IMG/VR virus record: IMGVR_UViG_3300032323_002950
Coordinates: 1 to 64,000 of that record
Strand: one strand, 5' to 3'
Source of the DNA: a virus
Length of the DNA stretch: 64,000 bases
Shown: positions 50,541 to 61,500 of the stretch, in pieces
Numbering within the stretch: position 1 is the stretch's first letter
Layout: each line of letters starts with the position of its first letter
Position numbers and translations under genes: made by a program
The notes under the pieces: model-generated
Database searches by the model: none
Seen by the model: only the letters and a program-made list of their open reading frames with translations
What the model was told of the DNA's origin: nothing

Positions 50541-53500
50541 ATGGCAAGTGCAAACAAAGTATTCGTCTCTCCCGGAGTATATACTTCGGAGCGTGACTTA
50601 TCATTCGTTTCACAAAGTGTTGGTGTAACAACCTTAGGTCTTGTTGGGGAAACTCTTAAAGGTCCTGCGTTCGAACCAATTTTTGTGACAAGTTACGATG
50701 AGTTCACATCTTATTTTGGTGGTACAAATCCTGAAAAATTTGTAAACACCCAAATACCAAAATATGAATCGGCATATATTGCAAAATCATATTTACAACA
50801 ATCAAATCAATTATTTGTAACTAGGGTATTAGGATTGTCTGGTTATGATGCGGGTCCTTCTTGGTCTGTAACTTCTGTGGCTAACGTTGACTGCTCAACA
50901 ATTGGGTTAGATAGTTCGTCTTCTTGGTCTACTTGGGCATCATTATCCATTAGGTTTGTACCTTTAGCATTAGGGGGAACTGTAAATGATGTTGAAATTG
51001 ACTATGAAAATGAATTAGAAGCAAATGTTCCATACATTTATCAAAAATGGACAACTCCGTTTACAAAATATGATGGAACAACGTCAACCTATGAAAGTTC
51101 ATTACAAAATTTTTTATGGACAAACATTCTTTCACAAATGACTACAACCACACCACCATCATTTATTAACAATAATGTCATTTATTTTGGGGCAATACCT
51201 AGTTCACAATATTCCACTTATTCGGCTTACACTTCACAAACAAATGTGTTTGGAGTTAATACATTAAATGCTAACACAATTAATTATTGTGATGGATTAA
51301 ATGATAGTTGGTTTTATTCATCATTCACTCCTGTACCGGGAACAGATAACTATTCCGGGTTTTCATTTATAGTCACTCATAATTCAGGTAATTATACAAA
51401 TAATGGAGCAAATTATTCAAGAGGGGCAGCGTGTACCATTGGGTATCAATACTTTACAGGTATTACATATACTGAATATCACAACTTAGTACTGGCAACT
51501 TTAAGGTCAAGAGGTATTACAAATTATAGTTCATCTCAACATGGTCCTAAATATCAAGTTACAGGAACATCTAATGTTTCATTAACTGTTACAGGGACGT
51601 ACAGTGCGGCAACAACAAATCCATACTCAACATTCTTAATTAGCGGAACTCAGTATGATTCTTCGGCATTTAGTTTTGAGGCATCATTTGAATCTGCAAA
51701 TGCTAATTACATTAACAAAGTATTTGGTCAAGATAATTTTGAAAAAGATAGAACTGTTGTTCCATTGTTTGTTGAAGAATCTTATGACACATTATTAACT
51801 TGGGGTTATAATAAAGGTTATATTAGAGGTTTAAATACTACTCTAACTGATTTAGATTCTGCCGAAAGCCAGTCAGCAACATCATTAGGTAACTATTTAG
51901 AAAGATACCAAACACCAACAACACCTTATGTTGTTTCAGAATTAAGAGGTACAAAAGTTTACAACCTATTTAGATTCATTTCAATTTCTGACGGAACTGC
52001 GGCTAATACTGAAATTAAAGTATCAATTCAAAACATGTCTTTTAATAACTTAACTTTTGACGTAGTTGTTAGAGACTTTTTTGATACAGATGCTAACCCT
52101 GTTGTTTTAGAAAAGTTTACTAACTGTACAATGAATCCTGATTTGAATAGTTATATTGCTAAAAGAATCGGAACATCTGACGGAGATTTCGCAATTAATT
52201 CTCGTTATGTAATGATGGAGATGAATTACGAAGCGCCATACGATTCACTTCCTTGTGGATTTAATGGTTATGTTACAAGAACTTACGATACAACAACTGC
52301 AAACATTCACCCACCATTCCCTGTTTATAAGACAAGTTATGAATATCCTGGTGAAGTAATTTGGAACCCTCCATTTGGAACAAGTGTTGGTGTTGATAAT
52401 AAAGTAATATCAACTGGTGATAATGTAAGAAGAACTTATTTAGGTTTCTCTACAAAACTTGGTTACGATAGTGATTTCTTACAATATAAAGGAAAGCAAA
52501 ATTTAATTACAGGTTTTGATAGTTGTACATTAGATGAGGCAGATTTTAGTTCTTGGAATTATTTAACAAAAGGTTTCCACATGGACTCAGGGGCCACTGT
52601 TATTAATATTGCAAGTAATTACTTAACAAGTGGTGAAACAGCGTTTGATGTAGGAGCTGGTTCATTTACTTCTGAACCAACTTTAAAAACTGAAACATAT
52701 TACTACTTATATTCTCGTAAGTTTAGTATGGCGTTTTATGGTGGTTTTGATGGATGGGACATTTATAGAGAGTACAGAACAAATAATGATGATTTCACAT
52801 TAGGTGGAACTGGTTATTTAGCAGGTGCAGCACCTTGTACACCATATGCAAATGCGACAGGTTGGGGTTCGTTTAGAAGAATTACAGTTGACCAAAACGC
52901 AACAGATTGGGCAAATACTGACTACTACGCATATTTGTTAGGTATTCAAACATTCTCAAATCCTGAGGTTACAAACATTAACGTGTTGGTTACACCTGGT
53001 ATTGATTATGTTAATAACTACGAATTAGTTAACTCAACAATCAATATGATTGAATTTGATAGAGCGGACTCTATCTACATTACAACTACTCCTGACTTTG
53101 ATTTGTTACAAAATTCAACAGTAATTTCTGATAACTTAATCTTACCTGAGGAAGCGGTTGTTAATTTAGAAGATTCGGCAATCGACTCTAACTATACTGC
53201 AACTTACTATCCTTGGGTATTAACAAGAGACACTGTTAATAATACTCAACTTTACATTCCACCAACTGCTGAGGTTACAAGAAACTTAGCATTAACTGAC
53301 AACGTTGCATTCCCATGGTTCGCAACTGCTGGTTACACTCGTGGTATTGTAAACGCGGTTAGAGCTCGTAAGAGATTAACACAAGAAGATAGAGACATTC
53401 TTTACAAAGGAAGAATTAACCCAATCGCAACATTTAACGATGTTGGAACAGTTATTTGGGGTAATAAGACCTTACAAATTAGAGAGTCTGCGTTAGACAG

Positions 53501-53807
53501 AATTAATGTTAGAAGATTGTTATTACAAGCTCGTAAGTTAATTTCAGCGGTTGCAATTAGATTATTATTCGAACAAAACGATAGTTTGGTAAGACAACAG
53601 TTCTTGGATTCAGTTAATCCTATCTTAGATGCAATCCGTAGAGATAGAGGTTTATATGACTTCCGTGTAACGGTATCTAACACACCAGAAGACTTAGATG
53701 CTAACCAATTAGTAGGTAAGATTTACATCAAACCAACAAAAGCGTTAGAATTTATTGACATCGAGTTCTTAATCACTCCAACAGGAGCGTCTTTTGAGAA
53801 CATATAA
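50541..53807 (+). CDS. Contractile tail sheath protein
   Basis: FVSPGVYTSERDLS N-terminus; PWFATAGYTRG, LY..RINPI, WGNKTLQ, RINVRRL, IYIKPTK..EFI C-terminus. Confidence 0.95.
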   Translation: MASANKVFVSPGVYTSERDLSFVSQSVGVTTLGLVGETLKGPAFEPIFVTSYDEFTSYFGGTNPEKFVNTQIPKYESAYIAKSYLQQSNQLFVTRVLGLSGYDAGPSWSVTSVANVDCSTIGLDSSSSWSTWASLSIRFVPLALGGTVNDVEIDYENELEANVPYIYQKWTTPFTKYDGTTSTYESSLQNFLWTNILSQMTTTTPPSFINNNVIYFGAIPSSQYSTYSAYTSQTNVFGVNTLNANTINYCDGLNDSWFYSSFTPVPGTDNYSGFSFIVTHNSGNYTNNGANYSRGAACTIGYQYFTGITYTEYHNLVLATLRSRGITNYSSSQHGPKYQVTGTSNVSLTVTGTYSAATTNPYSTFLISGTQYDSSAFSFEASFESANANYINKVFGQDNFEKDRTVVPLFVEESYDTLLTWGYNKGYIRGLNTTLTDLDSAESQSATSLGNYLERYQTPTTPYVVSELRGTKVYNLFRFISISDGTAANTEIKVSIQNMSFNNLTFDVVVRDFFDTDANPVVLEKFTNCTMNPDLNSYIAKRIGTSDGDFAINSRYVMMEMNYEAPYDSLPCGFNGYVTRTYDTTTANIHPPFPVYKTSYEYPGEVIWNPPFGTSVGVDNKVISTGDNVRRTYLGFSTKLGYDSDFLQYKGKQNLITGFDSCTLDEADFSSWNYLTKGFHMDSGATVINIASNYLTSGETAFDVGAGSFTSEPTLKTETYYYLYSRKFSMAFYGGFDGWDIYREYRTNNDDFTLGGTGYLAGAAPCTPYANATGWGSFRRITVDQNATDWANTDYYAYLLGIQTFSNPEVTNINVLVTPGIDYVNNYELVNSTINMIEFDRADSIYITTTPDFDLLQNSTVISDNLILPEEAVVNLEDSAIDSNYTATYYPWVLTRDTVNNTQLYIPPTAEVTRNLALTDNVAFPWFATAGYTRGIVNAVRARKRLTQEDRDILYKGRINPIATFNDVGTVIWGNKTLQIRESALDRINVRRLLLQARKLISAVAIRLLFEQNDSLVRQQFLDSVNPILDAIRRDRGLYDFRVTVSNTPEDLDANQLVGKIYIKPTKALEFIDIEFLITPTGASFENI

Positions 53808-53823
53808 TAATACAAACTTTATT

Positions 53824-53853
53824 AAAACCCTCACAGAGATGTGGGGGTTTTTT
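53824..53853 (+). terminator. Rho-independent terminator after the sheath gene
   Basis: AAAACCCTCACA-GAGA-TGTGGGGGTTTT followed by a T-run. Confidence 0.85.
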
Positions 53854-53875
53854 ATTTTACATAGTATTTATTAAT

Positions 53876-54709
53876 ATGAATTTAGTAATAGTAGAAGGTT
53901 TTGGTGATTTGGAAAAACTCACACCCGACATGAAATATTATGCGTTTGATTGGGATGATAATTTAATGTATATGCCAACAAAGATTATTTTAAAAGACTC
54001 TAACGGTAACGAAGTAGGGATGGGTACTGAGGAATTTGCTGAACATAGAACCCAAATTGGTAAGGAACCTTTTGATTATAAAGGTAAAAATATTGTTGGG
54101 TTTGCTGAAAATCCTTTTAGAAATTTTAGAGTTGAGGGTGATAATAGATTTTTAATGGATTCTATGATTGCAAAACCAGGTCCTGCTTGGCAAGATTTTG
54201 TAGAATGTGTCAATGGAGGGTCGGTATTTTCAATTGTGACAGCAAGAGGACATAACCCTAAGACATTGGCACTTGCGGTTAGAAAATTAATCGAAGGGAA
54301 CATTAATGGACTTTCAAAGAAAGAACTTGTTTGGAATTTAAGAAAATATAATAAAATTGCTCAACAAAACCCAGATGTGTCTGATGACAGATTGGTTGAT
54401 TTTTATGTTTTCAAATTATGTAAATATTATCCTGTGACTTTCGGAGAAGGTTCAGCTGCCAACCCTGAGGAATTAAAAGTGAAAGCTGCGAAAGAATTCC
54501 AAGATTACGTAAAAAGTATATCCCAAAAAATTGGAGGGTCTCCCTACTTTAAAGATGACATTTCTAACCGATTTGTACCTAAGATAGGTTTTTCTGATGA
54601 TGATTTAAGAAATTTAGAAAAACTAGATACTGAATTAACAAAAGACCCAGAAAATATTTACCAGTTATATTCAACACATGGAGGAGAAAAGAAACCATAT
54701 AAAAATTAA
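53876..54709 (+). CDS. HAD-superfamily phosphatase-like protein
   Basis: YAFDWDDNL (DxD), VTARGH, K, FSDDD. Confidence 0.65.
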   Translation: MNLVIVEGFGDLEKLTPDMKYYAFDWDDNLMYMPTKIILKDSNGNEVGMGTEEFAEHRTQIGKEPFDYKGKNIVGFAENPFRNFRVEGDNRFLMDSMIAKPGPAWQDFVECVNGGSVFSIVTARGHNPKTLALAVRKLIEGNINGLSKKELVWNLRKYNKIAQQNPDVSDDRLVDFYVFKLCKYYPVTFGEGSAANPEELKVKAAKEFQDYVKSISQKIGGSPYFKDDISNRFVPKIGFSDDDLRNLEKLDTELTKDPENIYQLYSTHGGEKKPYKN

Positions 54710-54829
54710 CATTTAAATAATTAAACTGGTCTTATGCAAAGATGACCTGAAAAAAAATCAAAGTAAATAGAAAATTTTTTTTTGGGTGATATTTATAAAT
54801 AAAATAAAAAGAAATTAAAAAAATAGACA

Positions 54830-55321
54830 ATGGCTGATTTACTAATGCAAATGCCGGTACCTTACGAACCCAAAAGGCAGAACCGATTTATAATGAGATG
54901 GGTTGACACATCGTTGGGTATTAATGAATGGTACGTAGAGTCAACGTCACGTCCAAAGATAACAATTAAATCAACAGAAATTCCATTTTTGAATACCAAG
55001 ACTTATGTTGCGGGACAATTTGAATGGGGTGAAATTAACGTTACATTCCGTGACCCAATCGGTCCGTCAGCAGCTCAAGCTCTTATGGAGTGGGTTCGTT
55101 TACATGCGGAGTCTGTTACAGGTCGTATGGGATACGCTGCGGGTTATAAGAAAGACATTAACTTAGAAATGTTAGACCCAACAGGTGTTGTAATCGAAAA
55201 GTGGTTATTACAGAATTGTTTCTTAACAAACGTAGATTTCCAATCTTTGGATTACGGACAAGATGGTTTGGCTAAAATCCAAGCAACACTTCGTCCTGAC
55301 AGATGTATTTTATTATTCTAA
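54830..55321 (+). CDS. Tail tube protein (gp19-like)
   Basis: EPKRQNRF, W..INVTFRDPI, EW, YKKDI.LEMLDP.G..IEKW.L..CF. Confidence 0.88.
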   Translation: MADLLMQMPVPYEPKRQNRFIMRWVDTSLGINEWYVESTSRPKITIKSTEIPFLNTKTYVAGQFEWGEINVTFRDPIGPSAAQALMEWVRLHAESVTGRMGYAAGYKKDINLEMLDPTGVVIEKWLLQNCFLTNVDFQSLDYGQDGLAKIQATLRPDRCILLF

Positions 55322-55342
55322 TATAATTGAATTACTATTTAC

Positions 55343-55368
55343 AAATCCACACAATGTGTGGATTTTTT
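55343..55368 (+). terminator. Rho-independent terminator after the tube gene
   Basis: AAATCCACAC-AAT-GTGTGGATTT followed by a T-run. Confidence 0.8.
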
Positions 55369-55384
55369 ATTTAAAAAAGTTTTT

Positions 55385-56137
55385 ATGGAAAACAATCAGT
55401 ATAGTCAAGAAGGTTTTAACTTGCCACACGATGTAATTGTGTTACCTAGCGGTGGAAAATATTATAAGACAAAAAAGAAATCAGTTAAAGTTGGTTATTT
55501 AACCGCGTCTGATGAAAACATCTTAATTAACGCAACCAAAAATGGTGGTGAGGGTTTAATTACCCAATTAGTTAGGAATAAATTATATGAACCTGATTTG
55601 AAACCCGAAGATTTATTAGAGGGTGATTTAGAGACTATTCTTATCTTTTTAAGAAATTCATCATTTGGTCCTGAATATATTTTTAATGTTGTTGACCCTG
55701 AAACAGGTAAACAATTTGAGTCAACAATTTTGTTACAAGAATTAAATTTTATTAAACCTGAGGTTGAACCTGATGAAAATGGGTGTTTTTTAACAACATT
55801 ACCAAAATCGGGAGCTCAAGTGAAATTGAAACCATTAACTTATGGTGAAACATTAGAACTAGCTAAAATGGTGGACAACTACCCAAAAGGATTAGTCCCA
55901 CCGGCGATTACTTGGAGATTACAAAAACAAATAGTTGAATTAAATGGGAGTAGAGAATTGGGTACTATTAGTAAATTTCTAGACCAAATGCCAATTATGG
56001 ATTCAAAGTATATTAGAAATTTTATAGATAAAAACGAACCAAGAATTGATTTAAATAGAGAAATTATAGCCCCATCCGGAAAAAAGGTACTCACACGTAT
56101 TACCTTTGGGGCGGAGTTTTTTCGCCCTTTCTTCTGA
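55385..56137 (+). CDS. Tail assembly chaperone / T4 gp26-like baseplate hub assembly protein
   Basis: Start moved to ATG 55385 (the GTG at 55358 lies in the terminator); two LP.SG..V...LT repeats; located between tube and tape measure; ends FFRPFF. Confidence 0.7.
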   Translation: MENNQYSQEGFNLPHDVIVLPSGGKYYKTKKKSVKVGYLTASDENILINATKNGGEGLITQLVRNKLYEPDLKPEDLLEGDLETILIFLRNSSFGPEYIFNVVDPETGKQFESTILLQELNFIKPEVEPDENGCFLTTLPKSGAQVKLKPLTYGETLELAKMVDNYPKGLVPPAITWRLQKQIVELNGSRELGTISKFLDQMPIMDSKYIRNFIDKNEPRIDLNREIIAPSGKKVLTRITFGAEFFRPFF

Positions 56138-56279
56138 TTACACCGTTTATTTATTAGACCAATACATTTTATTGTCTAAGTATTTACATACATCTTACTC
56201 TGATTTTATTTCTATGCCTATTTATCAAAGACGATATCTTGTTGATAAAGTCATAGAAATTAATACGCCGAAAAAATGA
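56118..56279 (+). CDS. Frameshift extension of the tail chaperone (gpGT/gp51-like), +1/-2 frame
   Basis: Open frame FFALSSDYTVYLLDQYILLSKYLHTSYSDFISMPIYQRRYLVDKVIEINTPKK*, starting at the T6 run and ending in an ATGA overlap with the tape measure gene. Confidence 0.6.
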   Translation, partial: FFALSSDYTVYLLDQYILLSKYLHTSYSDFISMPIYQRRYLVDKVIEINTPKK

Positions 56280-58534
56280 TGATGTTTCAAGGAACAAATA
56301 CAGCTGATTCAGATGAAACCACAAGATTAAAAGCCTTGTTAAATCCAGCTGCGATAGCTAAACAAATTGCCACAGACACTGCTGAAATTTTTACATCAAT
56401 ACCTGACACGTTAGTAACTATTGACCAACAATTTAATTCCATAATGCAAAATATGGGTGTTGGTAGAGGTTATTCTGAGGCAATAAAGGATAATTTATCT
56501 AAGGGTGCGTATGCGGTATTAAAACTTGGAGGTGATATTAAAGCGGCAACTACTTTACAAAACGACGTCGTTGACGCATTTGGTAAAAATATAGTATTAA
56601 GTGAGGATATGTACGCTAAGTTGTACGCCTCTGCAAAAGTTTCGGGAGTTGCTTCAAAAGAACTAATGGAAGGTTTTGAAAACGCTGGTATGTCTATGAG
56701 TCACATTACCGAAGAAATGTACAAGACAACCAAAATTGCTAGAGATTTGGGACTTTCATCACAAGCGGTAAGTAAGGCGGTCGTTGCTAATTTAGAACAG
56801 TTAAATAGATTTAATTTTGGTAATGGTGTTGAAGGTTTGGCAAAAATGGCTGCAAAGGCATCTATGTTAAGAATTGACATGAAACAAACTTTGGATTTTG
56901 CTGATAAAATGTTAAATCCTGAGGATGCAATCAATATGTCTGCCGCGTTACAAAGACTAGGAAATGTTTCATCAGATTTGATTGACCCATTAAAATTAAT
57001 GGATTTGGCTCAAAACAACGTACCTGAATTACAAAACCAATTAAGTGGATTGTTTAAACAATATACTTTCTTTAATGAGGAAACACAAGCTTTTGAATTT
57101 TTTCCTGACTCTAAATTAAAATTAAGAGAATTACAAAAAGAATTAGGTATACCTATGGCTGAGATAGAAAAAATGGCATTAGGTACTGCTAATTTAGATA
57201 AAAAACTTGCGGATATTGATTTTAGTGGATTAAATATTACAGAAGATACTCAAACTGCAATTGCAAATCTTGCGACACTCGATAAAAATACTGGTGAATA
57301 TGTTATTACCACAAAAGACGGTAATTTACAAAATGTAAATGATTTGTTAAAATCCTACGAAGGTAGAGAAGAAGATTTGAAAAATTTTATTACTGGAATG
57401 GAAGAAGAGGCTGGTAAAACTTATGAGGAAAAAATGTTTGACATTACAAAAGAACAGTTAGGGTTAACAGGTGAGATGAATGCTAATTTAAATGCGATGA
57501 CCAAATCTCTTGGGTTACAAATTGCTTCTACTAAACAAGGAAGTAAAGCTTTAGAAAATGCGGTTGGTACGGTTAATGTTTACTCTGAAGCCCAAAATGC
57601 TTTATATAGACCCGAAGTTAAGGGTGGATATAAAGGAACAAAAAATCAATATGAAGCTGGAACATTTTCAAACATTGATAAATATTTTGACAAAAAGGGT
57701 AATTTAGACACTGTTGCATTAACTACTGATGCATTAACCCAACTTGGTATTGCGGCAACAGATTTGGTAAATACTTATAAAAATGCTGGTATGGGAATGG
57801 CAAAAGTTACCACAGCGATTACTGGGGTTGATTTTGTAGAGTTACTTAATAATGCATTTACTGTAAAAGATGCGGTGTATTTTCCTGAACAAAACCAAGT
57901 TATTAATAAAGATAAAAATGATTTAGTTGTTTTTGCTCAAAAAGAAAATATAAATGTTGGAGAAAAACCAGAAACTACACAGAATATAGAAATACCTGAT
58001 ATTAGTGACAGTCTTATTTCTGCTTTACAAAATATTAAGATTGAAAATAATATCCCCCCAATTGATTTAACAAAATTAATGGATTTTGCAAAATCTAATA
58101 TTTCTAATGAGACAATTAATAATTTTACTAACAAAATATCAAATCAAAATTTAAATAATGAAGTTGTTCAGTTAACTCAAATTGCTAGCAAAGATTTGGG
58201 AATTAATTTACAAGATTTAACAAAATCATTATCTTCAATCATTCAAAAACCGATTGAAACTCCAAAACCAAAAGAAACTGTCAATGAGGTTGTTAATCAA
58301 CCAAAAGAACCTCAAAATACCGCACCAAAAGAAACAAAAATTGACCATAATATTACTATAACGTTTAAAGCCGAAGGTAATAACGAGTCATTAAGAATGG
58401 TAGCTAATAAATTCCAAAATGATGATGTGTTTAAAAGTAAGATTATTCAAAGTTTAGACATTAAGAAAAGTAACTATCAAGTAGATTCTGATAATCCATA
58501 TCAGAACTATATACAACAAATTTCAATTGCCTAA
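56276..58534 (+). CDS. Tape measure protein
   Basis: Ala/Leu/Met-rich helical protein directly after tube and chaperone. Confidence 0.75.
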   Translation: MMMFQGTNTADSDETTRLKALLNPAAIAKQIATDTAEIFTSIPDTLVTIDQQFNSIMQNMGVGRGYSEAIKDNLSKGAYAVLKLGGDIKAATTLQNDVVDAFGKNIVLSEDMYAKLYASAKVSGVASKELMEGFENAGMSMSHITEEMYKTTKIARDLGLSSQAVSKAVVANLEQLNRFNFGNGVEGLAKMAAKASMLRIDMKQTLDFADKMLNPEDAINMSAALQRLGNVSSDLIDPLKLMDLAQNNVPELQNQLSGLFKQYTFFNEETQAFEFFPDSKLKLRELQKELGIPMAEIEKMALGTANLDKKLADIDFSGLNITEDTQTAIANLATLDKNTGEYVITTKDGNLQNVNDLLKSYEGREEDLKNFITGMEEEAGKTYEEKMFDITKEQLGLTGEMNANLNAMTKSLGLQIASTKQGSKALENAVGTVNVYSEAQNALYRPEVKGGYKGTKNQYEAGTFSNIDKYFDKKGNLDTVALTTDALTQLGIAATDLVNTYKNAGMGMAKVTTAITGVDFVELLNNAFTVKDAVYFPEQNQVINKDKNDLVVFAQKENINVGEKPETTQNIEIPDISDSLISALQNIKIENNIPPIDLTKLMDFAKSNISNETINNFTNKISNQNLNNEVVQLTQIASKDLGINLQDLTKSLSSIIQKPIETPKPKETVNEVVNQPKEPQNTAPKETKIDHNITITFKAEGNNESLRMVANKFQNDDVFKSKIIQSLDIKKSNYQVDSDNPYQNYIQQISIA

Positions 58535-58569
58535 AATTTATTTGTTTCTATTTATTAGAAAAGGTATAA

Positions 58570-61500
58570 ATGGAGAAAAACCTATTAACATTTAAAGGGT
58601 CAGAACAATTTAGGAAGGGTTTACTTGCTAGAAATTTACAATCATATCAGTTGACTGGATATTTTACGTCAAATAGTGAAAATGTTGACACAGAGACCGT
58701 AATTAATTTCCAAAACACAACGGTAACCGACTCTCCAAACATTAGTGAAACTGTTGATGGGAATAATAACCAAAATGTTATTAATAATACAAAATTAAAT
58801 CCATACGGACCTGGTGGGACTGAAGACATTATAGATGTTGCTGATATAATAAATTACCCCAACCAAAATTCAAATTCATCTGTTTCATTAAATGATGGCT
58901 CAACTTTTAGTTTAAATAACAACCAACCATATTGGCCGTTAACAGAAACCAAGATGGATATTGTTAACGAAATAAGTATCGATACAATAGGTGTTTTAAA
59001 CAGTTACGTTTCGTCAGATAACTACAATAGTTTATATTTTGTTAGTGATACTCCATTAATTTCAAATAAAAGCACCAAAGGTGAGTACCCAAATTTTGTT
59101 GAGGGACAAGTCACATTAAATAAAGTTTTAGAAAAATCTGCGGATAATCCCGATGACTCTTATTTGGCTCAAATATCTACGACATTTTTGGATTTCCAAA
59201 TTAGGGCTAACATTGATAGACAAATCTATGGAAACACATTAGGCAGAGCTAATTTCCAAGCTTTAACTAATCCATTTTCAATTGCTGAACTTGCAACAGG
59301 GCAAGAAACCCTAATTCAAAAAAATTGGGTAATTACTGTTCCTGATGGGGTATTTGACCAAGCAAAATACTTAACTCAACAGATGACGGGTAGTATGTTA
59401 CCGACATCACCAATTGAAGGGAGTTATTTTAATGAGCCTGATAATAAAAACGCAACTGCTAGACAATTATTAGATACTGCATTTGCAGGGGCTTATAAAC
59501 CTGCCGACCCTAATAACAACCCGTCTAAGAAATTTTTGAATAATACAGGTAGTGGTCAAAAATCAGTATTATTTAAAAGTTTAAACTACAATACTTTTAA
59601 ACCTGACTACGACACAACAAGAACTCAGGCAGGTTTGTTCTTTAACGCTCTTTTTAATATTAATAGACCTTCATTAGTAAATTATTATGTTGGAAGTGAT
59701 GTCACAGACCCAAGTAAGGTTAATTCACCTGTTGATGACTCACCTGTTAATTATTTGGGACAACAAACCAGTTCTGTGGTTTATGGGCCGACTAACATGG
59801 CAAAAGTGTATGAAGGGACGGTATATCAAAACTATCAATTTGGATTGGGTGAAAAACCGTATGACCAAAGACCTTCTGATGATGGAGGATTTATTTGGGC
59901 ATCTACCGACACTATAAACAATGCTGGTAAAAAAGTTGGTGAGGGTGGAGAAGCAAGTTATGGTGACTTTGATAATTTTATAGGTAATGGAATTAACTCT
60001 TACTATTTAAATGCAGTTTCTATTGATAAAGGAGGGTTTACACCCGGTTCAATATTGGACGAAACACAAAGATTGATTAATTCAACACCACAAGGTAAAA
60101 AGAGGTTACAACATGCGGGAAACGCTATTAATCAAATCTCAAAAGTTTTTAATGACGGATATAAAGAAATTACCAAAGGTTCGAAAGTTAAGAAATATGT
60201 CAATAAAGCAGGTGTTGAGGTTGGACAAGAATATGGAAGGTTATTTGCAAAAGATAACCCATATTATACTTATGGTAACTTACAACAGACTGTATCAAGT
60301 GATAGCGGTAGTGCAATAAATGGAAATATCCGTAAATCTTCATATTCAGTATTAGACTCAACATATAACTTAAACATTGCTCCGTTAGCTGGAAACGGCT
60401 CAACAAATGTAACAAAAGAAGGTTCTGTTAAGAAATATATGTTCTCAATTGAAAATTTGGCTTGGAGAGGTACTCCGGATTGGAGTGATTTACCTGCGTG
60501 TGAAAAAGGTCCAAACGGAGGTCGAGTTATGTGGTTCCCACCATATGATTTGTCATTTGCAGATACTACAAGTCCACAATTTGACTCGACAAATTTCTTA
60601 GGTAGACCTGAACCTGTTTACACATATAGTAACACAAAAAGAACAGGAACTTTAAGTTGGTCAATTATTGTTGACCATCCTTCGGTTTTGAATTTAATAG
60701 TTGATAAGGAATTATCTAAGGCTGATTCACAAACTGTGAATGGTGTTGTTGCATCATTTTTTGCTGGATGTAAAAGATATGATTTATATGAACTTGCCTC
60801 AAAATTTAACACATTATCCTTTACTGACTTAACGGCATTATACCAAGAAGTATTGGGAAGTACTCAAACATCGTTAGAGGAAAAAGAAAGTGCTGCTCAG
60901 GGATTGACACCAACAACAAACAATAGTCAAAATAATAGTGATGTAATAACAATACAATCTGATTATAAAAATAAAGGATTTTATTTTGATAATAATCCTA
61001 ATCCTGAAAGTTTTTATGAGCAATATGTCTCATACACGTCAGAGGATGTTAAAACATTATATTTTAGTTCTAATCCTCAGTACTCTGCGGAAACTAACAC
61101 TTTTTTTACTGATGTTATTCAGTCCGATTATTCAAAATTAGATACTTTTGCAAATGAAATTAAAACAATCATAAACGAAAAAAAAGGTAAAGTTACCATA
61201 GAATTACAAGGTTCTAAATTTTCAAACACTACAAATTATGACACAATTAATAATACTATGCTCGATAGTGTTATTAATTACTTTAAAGAAACAATTTATT
61301 TGGGAGGTACTGTATTTGAGGACGGGACAATAACTATAAAATTATCGACATCAGTATTGGATAATGTTGTATTATCCAATAATGTTGATTTTAGTTGTAC
61401 TGAGGTTCTAACACCCCCAAATGATGTGTATTCACCAAACGCAATGGCGTGTAGAGCTTTGAGGGTTAAAAACGTAACAGTGACACCATTTCCTAATAAT

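Noticed and set aside
54710-54790. Possible ncRNA or tRNA in the gap before the tube gene
   Set aside because: Only a weak GGTC...GACC stem and no cloverleaf; the rest is explained by promoter elements
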